From the sequence record NC_019401.1: 64,000 bases of DNA; one strand, given 5' to 3'. The position numbers and the translations under genes were made by a program. Every line of letters begins with the position of its first letter. The stretch's first letter is position 1. The notes under the pieces were generated by a model that was not told the DNA's origin, searched no databases, and saw only the letters and a program-made list of their open reading frames with translations. Of this stretch, positions 1 through 9,098 are shown in pieces.

Positions 1-528
1 ATTTTAACAGAACTTACTCCAGAATATTCATATCGTGTAAAATTTGCGTGTGAGCCAAGCTCCGAAGAATTACATAAAGTCGTCGCTAGGCTTACAGATC
101 GTTATGATGCTTTTGAAGTTGGTCCATTAAAGAAAACAATTTTCCAAGACCGTCCTATTGATTTTTATAATCTAGATTGTGGCGAAATTTGGATGTTCGA
201 TTTTAAATGCCATCGTGGTGTGCAACCACAAGTACTATTGTTTGAAATCGGTAGTCTATTGAAATGGTCGGAATCATTAATTCACGTTAGAAATAATTTA
301 GACCCATATCAGGAAGAAATTTCTGATTCTGAAGATGATATTGAATTTGATGAATACGAACCACGTCTTTTAGACCCTGAATATAAAGAAGTTCCAGAAG
401 TTAATGCTGAGGAACTAGGTGGTCAGGGTCGTGCAGATACTGCGGTTAAAGATGCATTAGACGATTATAAAAAAGGTAAAACACCATACGCAGAATATAT
501 GTCTGCTGGATTTGGTAAGAAGGGGTAA
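1..528 (+). CDS. Hypothetical protein, 5'-truncated by the window edge, with acidic C-terminal half
   Basis: Frame 1 is open from base 1 (ILTELTPEYSYRVKF...) through the track ORF 193..528 to TAA, so the true start lies upstream of the window. Confidence 0.8.
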   Translation: MLTELTPEYSYRVKFACEPSSEELHKVVARLTDRYDAFEVGPLKKTIFQDRPIDFYNLDCGEIWMFDFKCHRGVQPQVLLFEIGSLLKWSESLIHVRNNLDPYQEEISDSEDDIEFDEYEPRLLDPEYKEVPEVNAEELGGQGRADTAVKDALDDYKKGKTPYAEYMSAGFGKKG

Positions 529-530
529 TC

Positions 531-1106
531 ATGAGTCTTTTAGAAGAAATGTTTGATGGTCAACCAGAACCATTGAATGAAAGACCTTATAGCCGTACAC
601 AGTCAGCAATTGATTCGGCAAAAGGAAAAGTAAAAGGTTTCTTTGGTTCAGGTCAAGTTGAGCAAGGTGCTCAAGAAACTGGACAAATGGCAAACCAGTT
701 GTGGGCTGACTTTAAACGTTATATCGGTAGAAAATATGGTTCCCATCCACAATCTGTTTCATATAGTGATGTTGCTGCGTTTTTTAAAGGTAACGATTTG
801 GACACTTCCTTTTTAGGTAATAATGAGCGTCGTTCATTTTCTCCTAAAGATGTTGGTAATGCATTAATGCAAGCTGTTCAGAAATTGAATACCGATTATG
901 AATATCAAAAAGAAAAACAACCAGAACAAGGTGAAGAACAACCAGAACAAGGCCAAGGCCAAGGTTCAGAACAAGGTTCAGGGGAAGGTCAGCCACAAGC
1001 TGGACAAGGCCAACCACAAGGAGCAGGTGCTGGATCATCAATTCCAGATCGTTTATCTTCATTAAGTTCTGCTGATAGAGCAAAATTACTAAGACTAATT
1101 TCTTAA
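531..1106 (+). CDS. Hypothetical (putative virion/head) protein with Q/E/G-rich linker
   Basis: 191-aa ORF; AAGAAGGGG upstream; PEQG/GQG low-complexity tract at about 917-1021. Confidence 0.8.
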   Translation: MSLLEEMFDGQPEPLNERPYSRTQSAIDSAKGKVKGFFGSGQVEQGAQETGQMANQLWADFKRYIGRKYGSHPQSVSYSDVAAFFKGNDLDTSFLGNNERRSFSPKDVGNALMQAVQKLNTDYEYQKEKQPEQGEEQPEQGQGQGSEQGSGEGQPQAGQGQPQGAGAGSSIPDRLSSLSSADRAKLLRLIS

Positions 1107-1118
1107 TAGGAGAAGAAT

Positions 1119-2540
1119 ATGTTTAAATCTTTAGATAATAACAATTCGATTCCAAATAATTATGTATACACTTCCAATAAAGGTACAGAATATATGTACC
1201 TTGATGGTTCATGGCTTAACTGTGAAACTATGAGTACTGTTCCTAGTACTCATAATTTTAAAATGAATGAGTCAGCAATTCGTCAGATTGCTGAACATAA
1301 CCGACATAACAAATTACAAATCGGTAAGAAATATGTCATCAAAGAATCTGAATATGTATATGTTGGTCGCAATAACTTCACATTAAACGATAACTTATTG
1401 ACAGAAAATGTAAATTCTCGTGTTAAAATGTTGGTTGAGGCTGATGCAAAATCTGAGTTTTCTAATGTAAAATTAGGCAGTACTGAAAATATCGAAATTC
1501 CAGATAAGTTTAAACTTGATGGTTATGTATACAACAAGGCGAAAAAAGCTTGGTGGGGTACTACTGATAACGGTAACGCTGGTTATATAAAAGACCAAGA
1601 ATTAATTGATGAACTTAACAAAGATTCAATTGAACGAATTAAAAAGTATAATGAAAAAGACCCATATCCAGTAGGAACAACTGTTGACTACAATGGTAAA
1701 ACTGCAATATGGAATGGTGAAGTTTTTGTTGTTCCAGGTGAAGGTGCTTACCCACCAGGATTTGCACAACAATTTGATGATTATTTTCAAAATGTTTATA
1801 AATCTGGTAATAACAATGACAGTACTGAACAACAGGATAAAGAAGATACCGTGAATACCTCTGACAATTCAAATACTAATGAACCACAAAATACAGGTTC
1901 AACAAGTAGTACTGAAGTTCCTAACGGATTTGTGTATCAATCTGGAAAAGGCAAAAGTTATTACAAGAAAAATGGTCGCTGGTTCTCAAGTGAAACCAAA
2001 AAGCCAATTAATATGTCTTCTGCAAAACCATTAGAACGTGCTGCACAAAATGCAATTGATAAACATAATGCATCTGCATCTGTTAAAATTGGTGATACCT
2101 TTACATCTAAAAAAGGAATTACCTATAAGTATGTAGGTGGTAATAGATTTATTTCTGCTGATGGAAAACTCCTTCCAAAAGATACTGCACAAAATGTATT
2201 AAATAATTTGCGGCAACAAGCTGATGAAAAGAAAGCACAAGAACAAGGTAGTACTGACAATCAAGAGCAAGGAACAACAGAACCTGCTCCACAACCATCA
2301 ACTGAACCAACGCCTACACAGGGTGATAATACACAAGATACTAATTCTAACACCGATAATGGTTCAGATGATCCACTATCAGGACTTGCAAAACAAATTA
2401 AGTCCAACCCAGAAGCACGTAGAATTATAGTACTTCTAAGCCGTGGTGATGAATTATCTCTATTAGCTGCCGATATTCTTCTTTCTGGACAACAAAAGGA
2501 AGTTACGCAGATTCTAAATTCATTAAATAATGAAGAATAA
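1119..2540 (+). CDS. Hypothetical (putative virion) protein with three internal ~80-aa repeats
   Basis: 473-aa ORF with SD AGGAG; repeated P..(F/Y)...Y...W...(A/S)I..(H/Y)N....(I/V)G modules. Confidence 0.85.
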   Translation: MFKSLDNNNSIPNNYVYTSNKGTEYMYLDGSWLNCETMSTVPSTHNFKMNESAIRQIAEHNRHNKLQIGKKYVIKESEYVYVGRNNFTLNDNLLTENVNSRVKMLVEADAKSEFSNVKLGSTENIEIPDKFKLDGYVYNKAKKAWWGTTDNGNAGYIKDQELIDELNKDSIERIKKYNEKDPYPVGTTVDYNGKTAIWNGEVFVVPGEGAYPPGFAQQFDDYFQNVYKSGNNNDSTEQQDKEDTVNTSDNSNTNEPQNTGSTSSTEVPNGFVYQSGKGKSYYKKNGRWFSSETKKPINMSSAKPLERAAQNAIDKHNASASVKIGDTFTSKKGITYKYVGGNRFISADGKLLPKDTAQNVLNNLRQQADEKKAQEQGSTDNQEQGTTEPAPQPSTEPTPTQGDNTQDTNSNTDNGSDDPLSGLAKQIKSNPEARRIIVLLSRGDELSLLAADILLSGQQKEVTQILNSLNNEE

Positions 2541-2557
2541 TTGAAAAGGAATTGATT

Positions 2558-3514
2558 ATGAAAAAACAAATTAATGAGGCATCAGTTCGTATCGATGTTC
2601 AAGGATTAGAATCGAATGATCTTGAAACTCTTTCACGTATGCTTGCACTAGCTGGACAAGCAGAGAATAAAGGGCCACAAATGGGTGGCATGACTTCTGT
2701 TCCTGCAATTGCACCACTAGACTTAGATAGCATTGGTGGCGAGGATGAAACTCAACCTATTATGAGTCCAGATATGGCTCCTAGTGCTGATGATATGTCA
2801 GGTGCTGGTGCTGAAGAACTTGTCTCAGCAGTGAGTGATTTAGCTGGCTCAGTTACTGATTTCGGTGCTGATTCACTTGACAGCGGCGTAGAAGATGGTG
2901 TATCATCTTTCTCAGTTGGTGACGAATCCGACCTAGACTCTGGTGACATGATGGGTCAAGAAGAAGATTCAAATTACACTGGCGACGATGATTTTGATAT
3001 GAGCCGTATGTCCTCTCTTGCTGGTATTCACGAAAGCCAAGATATTGATGAATCTGATGATGTTTCTGATGATTCAGAAGATGAAGCTGATGATGAAGAC
3101 CAAGCCGTTGCAGAAAGTCTCCTACCTGATTTATCTCTAGACGAAGATTCAGTAGCTACTGAAGCTGATGCACAAAAAGAATTTGGCCCTTTCCGCACAG
3201 AATTTGAATGTGTTCAAGATGGTCAACAAAAAACTAATGGCTTCGAAGGCGATAACTTCATTGTAGTTCCAAAAGGAAATGCTTTCTATTGGAAACGTAC
3301 AATGCAAGAAGAAGTTCAAAATGAACCTAATCCTGAATTTTATGATGACGAAGGTATTCGTAATTCTCGTCATGCTTATAAAGGAAAACAACCTGGTACT
3401 GCATTAGGTGATAATCCACTTGTTGGTGAAAGTGAAGATGATGAAGATGAATCTGTAGATTCTATTTTCGAATCAATCAACAAGCAATATAAAAAATTCA
3501 TGGAGGGTTTATAA
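2558..3514 (+). CDS. Highly acidic hypothetical protein (putative internal head protein)
   Basis: D/E-rich ORF; ATG at 2558 is 7 nt after AGGA (the track start at 2552 is TTG). Confidence 0.8.
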   Translation: MKKQINEASVRIDVQGLESNDLETLSRMLALAGQAENKGPQMGGMTSVPAIAPLDLDSIGGEDETQPIMSPDMAPSADDMSGAGAEELVSAVSDLAGSVTDFGADSLDSGVEDGVSSFSVGDESDLDSGDMMGQEEDSNYTGDDDFDMSRMSSLAGIHESQDIDESDDVSDDSEDEADDEDQAVAESLLPDLSLDEDSVATEADAQKEFGPFRTEFECVQDGQQKTNGFEGDNFIVVPKGNAFYWKRTMQEEVQNEPNPEFYDDEGIRNSRHAYKGKQPGTALGDNPLVGESEDDEDESVDSIFESINKQYKKFMEGL

Positions 3515-3918
3515 TGAGTAACCTACGAAAATTAATGGAATCTATTGACGACATTTATGAAGCAGATGATGAGTCAATGGAACAAGAAACTGAACAATCT
3601 GCACCTGAACTATTAAAAGAAATCATCGGTTCACTAAAAGAACTTTCTGGCATGATTGCTGATGGCTCAGTTGAAGATTTAACTACAATAACTTCTGATT
3701 TAAAAAATATCTCTGCATCCCTTAAAGAACTTGTTGGTTCTGATGGTGATGACTTCGAATTCAACACTGATGAAGAATCCGATGAACCAGAAGAAGAATT
3801 AGAAGAAGAATATGGTGCAGAAGGTATGGGTCCATCTTTTGATGCTAATGGCACTCAAAATTACGAAAATCCACAAGGCTCATCATATCCTGAACAAAAA
3901 GGTTTTGTGGGAATTTAA
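3514..3918 (+). CDS. Acidic hypothetical protein (putative internal head protein)
   Basis: 134-aa ORF coupled to the upstream stop (TAATG); GGAGG upstream. Confidence 0.8.
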   Translation: MSNLRKLMESIDDIYEADDESMEQETEQSAPELLKEIIGSLKELSGMIADGSVEDLTTITSDLKNISASLKELVGSDGDDFEFNTDEESDEPEEELEEEYGAEGMGPSFDANGTQNYENPQGSSYPEQKGFVGI

Positions 3919-3921
3919 TAA

Positions 3922-4296
3922 ATGATACCAAAAACCAACAGTACTGAATATCATTATCAGGTATTAAAATCAATCAAGGAAGTTCACGAATTTAATTCTG
4001 ATCTTTCTGATAGAATGATTTTTATGTCGATCTTTGATAATTACAGAACTGGTGGTGGTCTAAGATTAAGTAAGCTGGGGTATCAAATTTGTAATGACAA
4101 TTCTTTATATGATTTTGCCCCAATTCCTTTCAAAAAGACGGATCGTAATTCAAACGTTTATACATCATTAGACCGGATTTGCACCACTCCATACTATGTT
4201 GATGGAGATACTTTGTACTTATCAGATGATTTAGTAATCGCACAACTAACGTTTTGCAGCGATGACTTTGCTAAATTGTTTGCTGCATTTTTATGA
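3922..4296 (+). CDS. Hypothetical protein
   Basis: 124-aa ORF tightly packed in the operon; normal composition. Confidence 0.75.
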   Translation: MIPKTNSTEYHYQVLKSIKEVHEFNSDLSDRMIFMSIFDNYRTGGGLRLSKLGYQICNDNSLYDFAPIPFKKTDRNSNVYTSLDRICTTPYYVDGDTLYLSDDLVIAQLTFCSDDFAKLFAAFL

Positions 4297-4322
4297 AACG
4301 TCAAAAAAAATTGTGGTATAAT
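4294..4322 (+). promoter_or_regulatory. Early/middle-type promoter TGAAAC-N17-TATAAT with extended -10 (TGG)
   Basis: TGAAAC 4294-4299 and TATAAT 4317-4322; the same architecture occurs at five other sites. Confidence 0.8.
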
Positions 4323-4354
4323 AGCATTGTTAATAGATAAATGGATACAATAGA

Positions 4355-4385
4355 AAAGCACTGAATGTTCAGTGCTTTCTTTTTT
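4355..4385 (+). terminator. Intrinsic terminator
   Basis: AAAGCACTGA-ATGT-TCAGTGCTTT followed by CTTTTTT. Confidence 0.75.
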
Positions 4386-4436
4386 CAAACGGATTTGTTA
4401 GTAATTCAATTATAACTAAAGTGTAAAGAGAGATGT

Positions 4437-5780
4437 ATGAGTGAAGTAACTAAAGAAGTACAAGATATTCTAAGCTATAATCTAAAACCTCTACAAGTAG
4501 TGGAAGCAATGTCCGTTGCAGATGCAGTTCGAGATAGCTTAATGATTTGGGGTTCACCTGGTATCGGCAAATCCGCAATCGCATTACAATATGCCAATGA
4601 CAACTATCCACTTCGTAAAGATAATGTGGGTAAGTTACAATATCTCCTACAACGTGCACAAGACCCTGAAGATTCTCTTGTAACTATGGAAGATTATCAT
4701 AATTTTAGTTGTTCACTACTAGATCAAGAAACTAACTTTATTGATTTCCGTTTATCACAGATTGAACCTTCAGACCTTCGTGGCATTCCAATTCCAGTAA
4801 AAATGTTTTATGATGAAAATGGAACCCAAATTAGTGAATCAGAAATTCACCTATATCCAGGATACATCGAAGAAACAGGCGTAGTATGGGCTTCTCCAAA
4901 CATTCTTAAACTTCCAAAAGATTGGAAAGGTGTAATTCTGTTTGATGAAATCAACTCAGCAATGCCAATTGTACAAGCTGCATCCTATCAGTTGATTCTT
5001 GACCGCCGTGTAGGTGAGCTAGTACTTCCAGAGAATGCACTAATTCTTGCTGCGGGTAACCGTGAAACTGATGGTGGTGTAACATTCAGTCTAGCGACTC
5101 CACTACGTGACCGTATGACTCACATTGAAATGGTTCCTGATTACAATGACTGGATTGAAAATTATGCTATTCCTAATATGCTAAATCCAGGTACAATTGC
5201 ATTTATCAAACAAACTGGCTCCCGTTTGTTTAACACATTAAGTCCAAAAGATGCAAGTCATTCTGGTGGTTCTTCTCCACGTTCTTGGACTCGTGTTTCA
5301 GATATTGAAAATGTTCGTAAGAAAAAAGGTATGTCCTCTGCGGTATATAAAGCACTAATTGCTGGTCGTGTGGGTAGTACTGCTGGTATTGAGTATACTA
5401 CTTATATTGAAAATATGGCTGACTTGCCTGATGTTATGGATATTCTTAATGGTATCGTAACTGATTTTAGTGAACATAAACAAGAAGTTTCTAAAAACTA
5501 CTTTATTACTATCAGTCTAACTCAAAAAATTATTGAATTTGGTCGTTCACGAAATGAACGAAAGGCAATTATCACTGATGAAGAATGGTGCAAGTACTGT
5601 AGTAACTTTATTGAGTTTATTGACAGTCAATTTGCAAAAGAACAATCAGAACTTATTGTCCATGCAATCCGTACTCTTACCGATGCTGGAATTAACATCA
5701 CGTATAGTGAAGTGCCAAAATTCAAAGACTTTGTTCGTAAATACGGACCACTTCTACGTAAAGCACGTCAGATGAAGTAA
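4437..5780 (+). CDS. MoxR-family AAA+ ATPase
   Basis: Walker A GSPGIGKS, Walker B ILFDEIN, sensor LAAGN, PLRDR arginine-finger region; VWA gene adjacent. Confidence 0.88.
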   Translation: MSEVTKEVQDILSYNLKPLQVVEAMSVADAVRDSLMIWGSPGIGKSAIALQYANDNYPLRKDNVGKLQYLLQRAQDPEDSLVTMEDYHNFSCSLLDQETNFIDFRLSQIEPSDLRGIPIPVKMFYDENGTQISESEIHLYPGYIEETGVVWASPNILKLPKDWKGVILFDEINSAMPIVQAASYQLILDRRVGELVLPENALILAAGNRETDGGVTFSLATPLRDRMTHIEMVPDYNDWIENYAIPNMLNPGTIAFIKQTGSRLFNTLSPKDASHSGGSSPRSWTRVSDIENVRKKKGMSSAVYKALIAGRVGSTAGIEYTTYIENMADLPDVMDILNGIVTDFSEHKQEVSKNYFITISLTQKIIEFGRSRNERKAIITDEEWCKYCSNFIEFIDSQFAKEQSELIVHAIRTLTDAGINITYSEVPKFKDFVRKYGPLLRKARQMK

Positions 5781-5783
5781 TTT

Positions 5784-5813
5784 AAGGGGGCTGATTGCCC
5801 CTTTTGTTTTTTT
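5784..5813 (+). terminator. Intrinsic terminator between the MoxR and VWA genes
   Basis: GGGGC-TGATT-GCCCC followed by TTTTGTTTTTTT. Confidence 0.65.
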
Positions 5814-5822
5814 GAGGAATTT

Positions 5823-7178
5823 ATGACTAATAAACAAAAAAATGATTTACCACAAGAATTGTACGATCAATGCCATGAAGCCATTGTTATTGCACGTACT
5901 GCAATGGTAATGGCATGTCCTTTCTTTGGTATTCTTGCAGCACAACTTAAACTTGTTCCTGAAAATACTTGGTGTGCAACGCTTGCGGTAGACGGAAAAC
6001 ATCTTTATTATAATGTTGAATTCATTCTAGGCGTTACTGATCCAGTTCGTCGAGCTAAGCAAGAAGCACGTCTTCGTGCAAAAATTCAAGATATTACGGA
6101 AGAACAGATTAACGATGCATTAAATGGTTTAAGTACTTCTAACTTAATCGCTGCAATCTGTCATGAAATTTTGCATTGTGCATACAACCACTTCCTACGT
6201 AAAGGTACACGTGACCGATTACTATGGAATAAAGCTGCTGACTATGCTATTAACCAGATTATCAATCGTGATAAAAAAATGGGTGAAATACGCAAAACGT
6301 GGCTATTCGATCCACGGTTTGAAGGTATGCCAGCGGAAGAAATATATAATATTTTGATTAAAGAGCAAGAAGAAGGTGGTTCTGGTTCTAGTTCAGGTGG
6401 TTCTAGCAGTAAATCAAAAGGTGGAACACTAGATCATCACGATATTCCACAACAGGGCGATCCATCTGATGAAGATGATGAAAGTACTGAATTTCCTGGT
6501 CATTCACAGGAAGAACTTGAAGAATTCATGGAAGCATTTAAGGATGCAATGATCAGTGCTGCAATGGCTGAAGGTGCACCAAAAGAAATCCGTGCAATGA
6601 TTCAGGAATATAAAGAACCTAAAATTGACTGGCGTTCTAAACTTAACCGAACACTACGTTCACTAATTAAGAATGATGTTACCTATATGATGCCATCCCG
6701 CCGCTCATGGTCACGTGGTATTGGGTATGGTATGCCTATTTTCCCTGGGCTAAAGCCAGATGTTGACATTGATATTTGTGTTGCACTTGATGCATCGGGA
6801 AGTATCAGTACTGAAATGTTACGAGATTTTTTATCTGAAGTGTATGGTATTACACAACAATTCAGTCAATTTAAACTTCGAATCTTAACATTCGATACTA
6901 GTGTATATGAAGTCCATGACTATGTTAATGGTCAAGAAGAACAAATACTTAGCTATCCTGTAATTGGTGGCGGCGGTACTTTGTTTACCGCAGTATGGGA
7001 TTTTATGAAAAAAGAAGAATATTGTCCTAAACAACTCGTGATGTTCACTGATGGTGAACCTTGGGGTTCATGGGGAGATGAACATTATTGTGATACATTA
7101 TTTGTTGTGCATTCTAATCCGAAAGTAGATGCACCATTTGGCGTCACTGTGCATTACGAACTTGAAGGTAAGAAATAG
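5823..7178 (+). CDS. Putative metallopeptidase plus VWA-like domain protein (DUF2201-type)
   Basis: HEILH (HExxH) zincin motif; acidic/Ser-Gly linker; MIDAS DASGS, GGGGT and FTDG motifs. Confidence 0.88.
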   Translation: MTNKQKNDLPQELYDQCHEAIVIARTAMVMACPFFGILAAQLKLVPENTWCATLAVDGKHLYYNVEFILGVTDPVRRAKQEARLRAKIQDITEEQINDALNGLSTSNLIAAICHEILHCAYNHFLRKGTRDRLLWNKAADYAINQIINRDKKMGEIRKTWLFDPRFEGMPAEEIYNILIKEQEEGGSGSSSGGSSSKSKGGTLDHHDIPQQGDPSDEDDESTEFPGHSQEELEEFMEAFKDAMISAAMAEGAPKEIRAMIQEYKEPKIDWRSKLNRTLRSLIKNDVTYMMPSRRSWSRGIGYGMPIFPGLKPDVDIDICVALDASGSISTEMLRDFLSEVYGITQQFSQFKLRILTFDTSVYEVHDYVNGQEEQILSYPVIGGGGTLFTAVWDFMKKEEYCPKQLVMFTDGEPWGSWGDEHYCDTLFVVHSNPKVDAPFGVTVHYELEGKK

Positions 7179-7222
7179 TAATGCTAAATAGAAGGTCGTT
7201 ATGGATGACGACCTAAATTTTA

Positions 7223-7251
7223 TGAAACGTACCAAATTTTTGTGGTATAAT
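7223..7251 (+). promoter_or_regulatory. Early/middle-type promoter TGAAAC-N17-TATAAT
   Basis: TGAAAC 7223-7228 and TGTGGTATAAT 7241-7251. Confidence 0.8.
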
Positions 7252-7285
7252 ATAGTTAATTTCAAAAAATACATGGAGTGTATAT

Positions 7286-7522
7286 ATGAGTGAAAATATC
7301 CAAGAACAAGAAACCGTAGTTGGTCCACAACTAGAATTCATTGACATTATCAATGCAACCAAAATCATGGAAGCTGCAATTGAACGTGGTATCTTTAATG
7401 TTAAAGAACTAGCTGAAGTTGCTCCAATTGTTTCCCGTTTCCAAGACTTCTCTGCTGCAATTCTTGCAGATCAAGAAGCTCGCCAAGCTGAAGCTGATGT
7501 ACAAGCAGAGCAGGGAGAATAA
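7286..7522 (+). CDS. Hypothetical protein
   Basis: 78-aa ORF with SD GGAG, directly behind the promoter. Confidence 0.8.
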   Translation: MSENIQEQETVVGPQLEFIDIINATKIMEAAIERGIFNVKELAEVAPIVSRFQDFSAAILADQEARQAEADVQAEQGE

Positions 7523-7523
7523 T

Positions 7524-8210
7524 ATGAGTATTGTTCGTCACTGTGGCGTTGTTCGTAGTACTGGTTCTCGTGTCTTTGTAGTATGGCGTCAACTCGAAAA
7601 TGATCCTAATCATTGTCTAGTAGTATATCGTGATTCACTACCAGAAGTTTATTCTAATCGTGTAGCTGAACTTGTTCTAGGTCGTGGTCAGAGTTCAATT
7701 GAACTTTGGGATGTAATGGATAAAATCGGAACCCTAGAAGGTGGAAACATGCTTTCCGTACTTCATCGTATGGGATATATCCGTAAACAAAATACCCTAG
7801 ATATTGACATGCATGTTGGTGGAACTAATAAAATTCCTCTAAATGTTCTAAATGAAGAAATCAATCAGTCTGCTGTTGTTCGAGACGGTACTGTTAAAGA
7901 ATTCAACCCATATGAACAGCAACAACAAAATGTTCAGTATCCAGAGCAAGATACTATCGTAAGTCGATTACTTCAAGAAGCCGACAAATACGAACAACTT
8001 GCAACTGAAAACCGTGAACGTGCTTATAACTTAGACCCAAGTCTTCGTCCACAAGCACAAGTACTAAGTGAGCAATCTTATGTAGTACTACCAAGTGATA
8101 CAAATGAAGATAAATCATCGTCTCTATTTGTAGAACTTCCTGAAGGTATTTCACAAGCTAAAGCAATTGAACTTGTAAAGAAAGTATTGAAAGAACGTAA
8201 AGGTGAATAA
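7524..8210 (+). CDS. Hypothetical protein
   Basis: In-frame ATG at 7524 with SD GGGAG; the track start at 7419 overlaps the upstream gene. Confidence 0.8.
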   Translation: MSIVRHCGVVRSTGSRVFVVWRQLENDPNHCLVVYRDSLPEVYSNRVAELVLGRGQSSIELWDVMDKIGTLEGGNMLSVLHRMGYIRKQNTLDIDMHVGGTNKIPLNVLNEEINQSAVVRDGTVKEFNPYEQQQQNVQYPEQDTIVSRLLQEADKYEQLATENRERAYNLDPSLRPQAQVLSEQSYVVLPSDTNEDKSSSLFVELPEGISQAKAIELVKKVLKERKGE

Positions 8211-8518
8211 TGTCAAAAGTTACTAGGGAACAGATAATTCAACTAATTATCGAAGAACGCTTAAAACAAATGAGCAACCCAAATACTTTAGCAGATCATC
8301 TCAAAACGAAAAATGATTGGACTGGTTTAGCAGGATACTATCTCTTTGAGAGTGCTTCTAGGCCAGATAAACATGTATCATTTGATGAGTTCAGACTATC
8401 TTTAATAAAATCAGCAGCAGTCATTTTGGCTGCTCTTGAAACAAGTTTTTCGCTTGAAGATGCAAGTTTACAAGACTTACTTTCTAAATTGGAAGAAAAA
8501 CAAGATGACTCGAACTGA
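8210..8518 (+). CDS. Hypothetical protein
   Basis: 102-aa ORF with TAATG coupling. Confidence 0.75.
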   Translation: MSKVTREQIIQLIIEERLKQMSNPNTLADHLKTKNDWTGLAGYYLFESASRPDKHVSFDEFRLSLIKSAAVILAALETSFSLEDASLQDLLSKLEEKQDDSN

Positions 8519-9092
8519 TCTCGCAGAGATGTTGTTAGAGTTGCAAAATGTATGTTTTAGTGGCGGTGCTGCGGGTGCAGACCGCCTTTTTGGTTTGTGG
8601 GCTGAGGAAAACGGTCATGATGAAATCCACTTTTCATTTAAAGGTCACAAACAACATGTTAAACCAGAAACAGTACTAGAATTACCTAACGATATGTTAA
8701 TATGTGCTGAAGTTGGTATGCAACTCAAAAAAGCAAATGGAAGTTTAGGAAGAAGCGTTCCTAGATTTGGTTATGTGTATAATCTATTAGCTAGAAATAG
8801 CTATCAAATTTACTGTACTGAACGTGTGTACACTATCGGTGAGTTGGTTTCTCCATCTCAATTAGATGGTGGTACAGCATGGGCGGTACAAATGTACTTA
8901 GATTTACCTGGTGATAATAAAGAAATATATCATTATGATATTATCGACCATAAAGTTTATAAGTACTGTAATACCGCAAAACAATTTATTGAAACAGATA
9001 CTGTTCCTAAACCACATGGTAGATGGACTGGTATCGGCACAAGACGTGCAACTGAAGAAGATTTACGTAATTTTGAGAAGAAATTTGAGTAA
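8505..9092 (+). CDS. SLOG/DprA-like Rossmann-fold protein
   Basis: CFSGGAAGAD and DGGTAWAV motifs typical of the SLOG superfamily; in-frame ATG at 8505. Confidence 0.65.
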   Translation: MTRTDLAEMLLELQNVCFSGGAAGADRLFGLWAEENGHDEIHFSFKGHKQHVKPETVLELPNDMLICAEVGMQLKKANGSLGRSVPRFGYVYNLLARNSYQIYCTERVYTIGELVSPSQLDGGTAWAVQMYLDLPGDNKEIYHYDIIDHKVYKYCNTAKQFIETDTVPKPHGRWTGIGTRRATEEDLRNFEKKFE

Positions 9093-9098
9093 TTAAAT

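Noticed and set aside
917-1021. Short CAAGG/GAACAAGG tandem repeats resembling an array
   Set aside because: In-frame low-complexity PEQG/GQG linker; no constant repeat with unique spacers, so not CRISPR
7193-7214. Hairpin AGGTCGTT-ATGGAT-GACGACCT after the VWA gene
   Set aside because: No adjacent U-tract, so not called as a terminator; function unsupported
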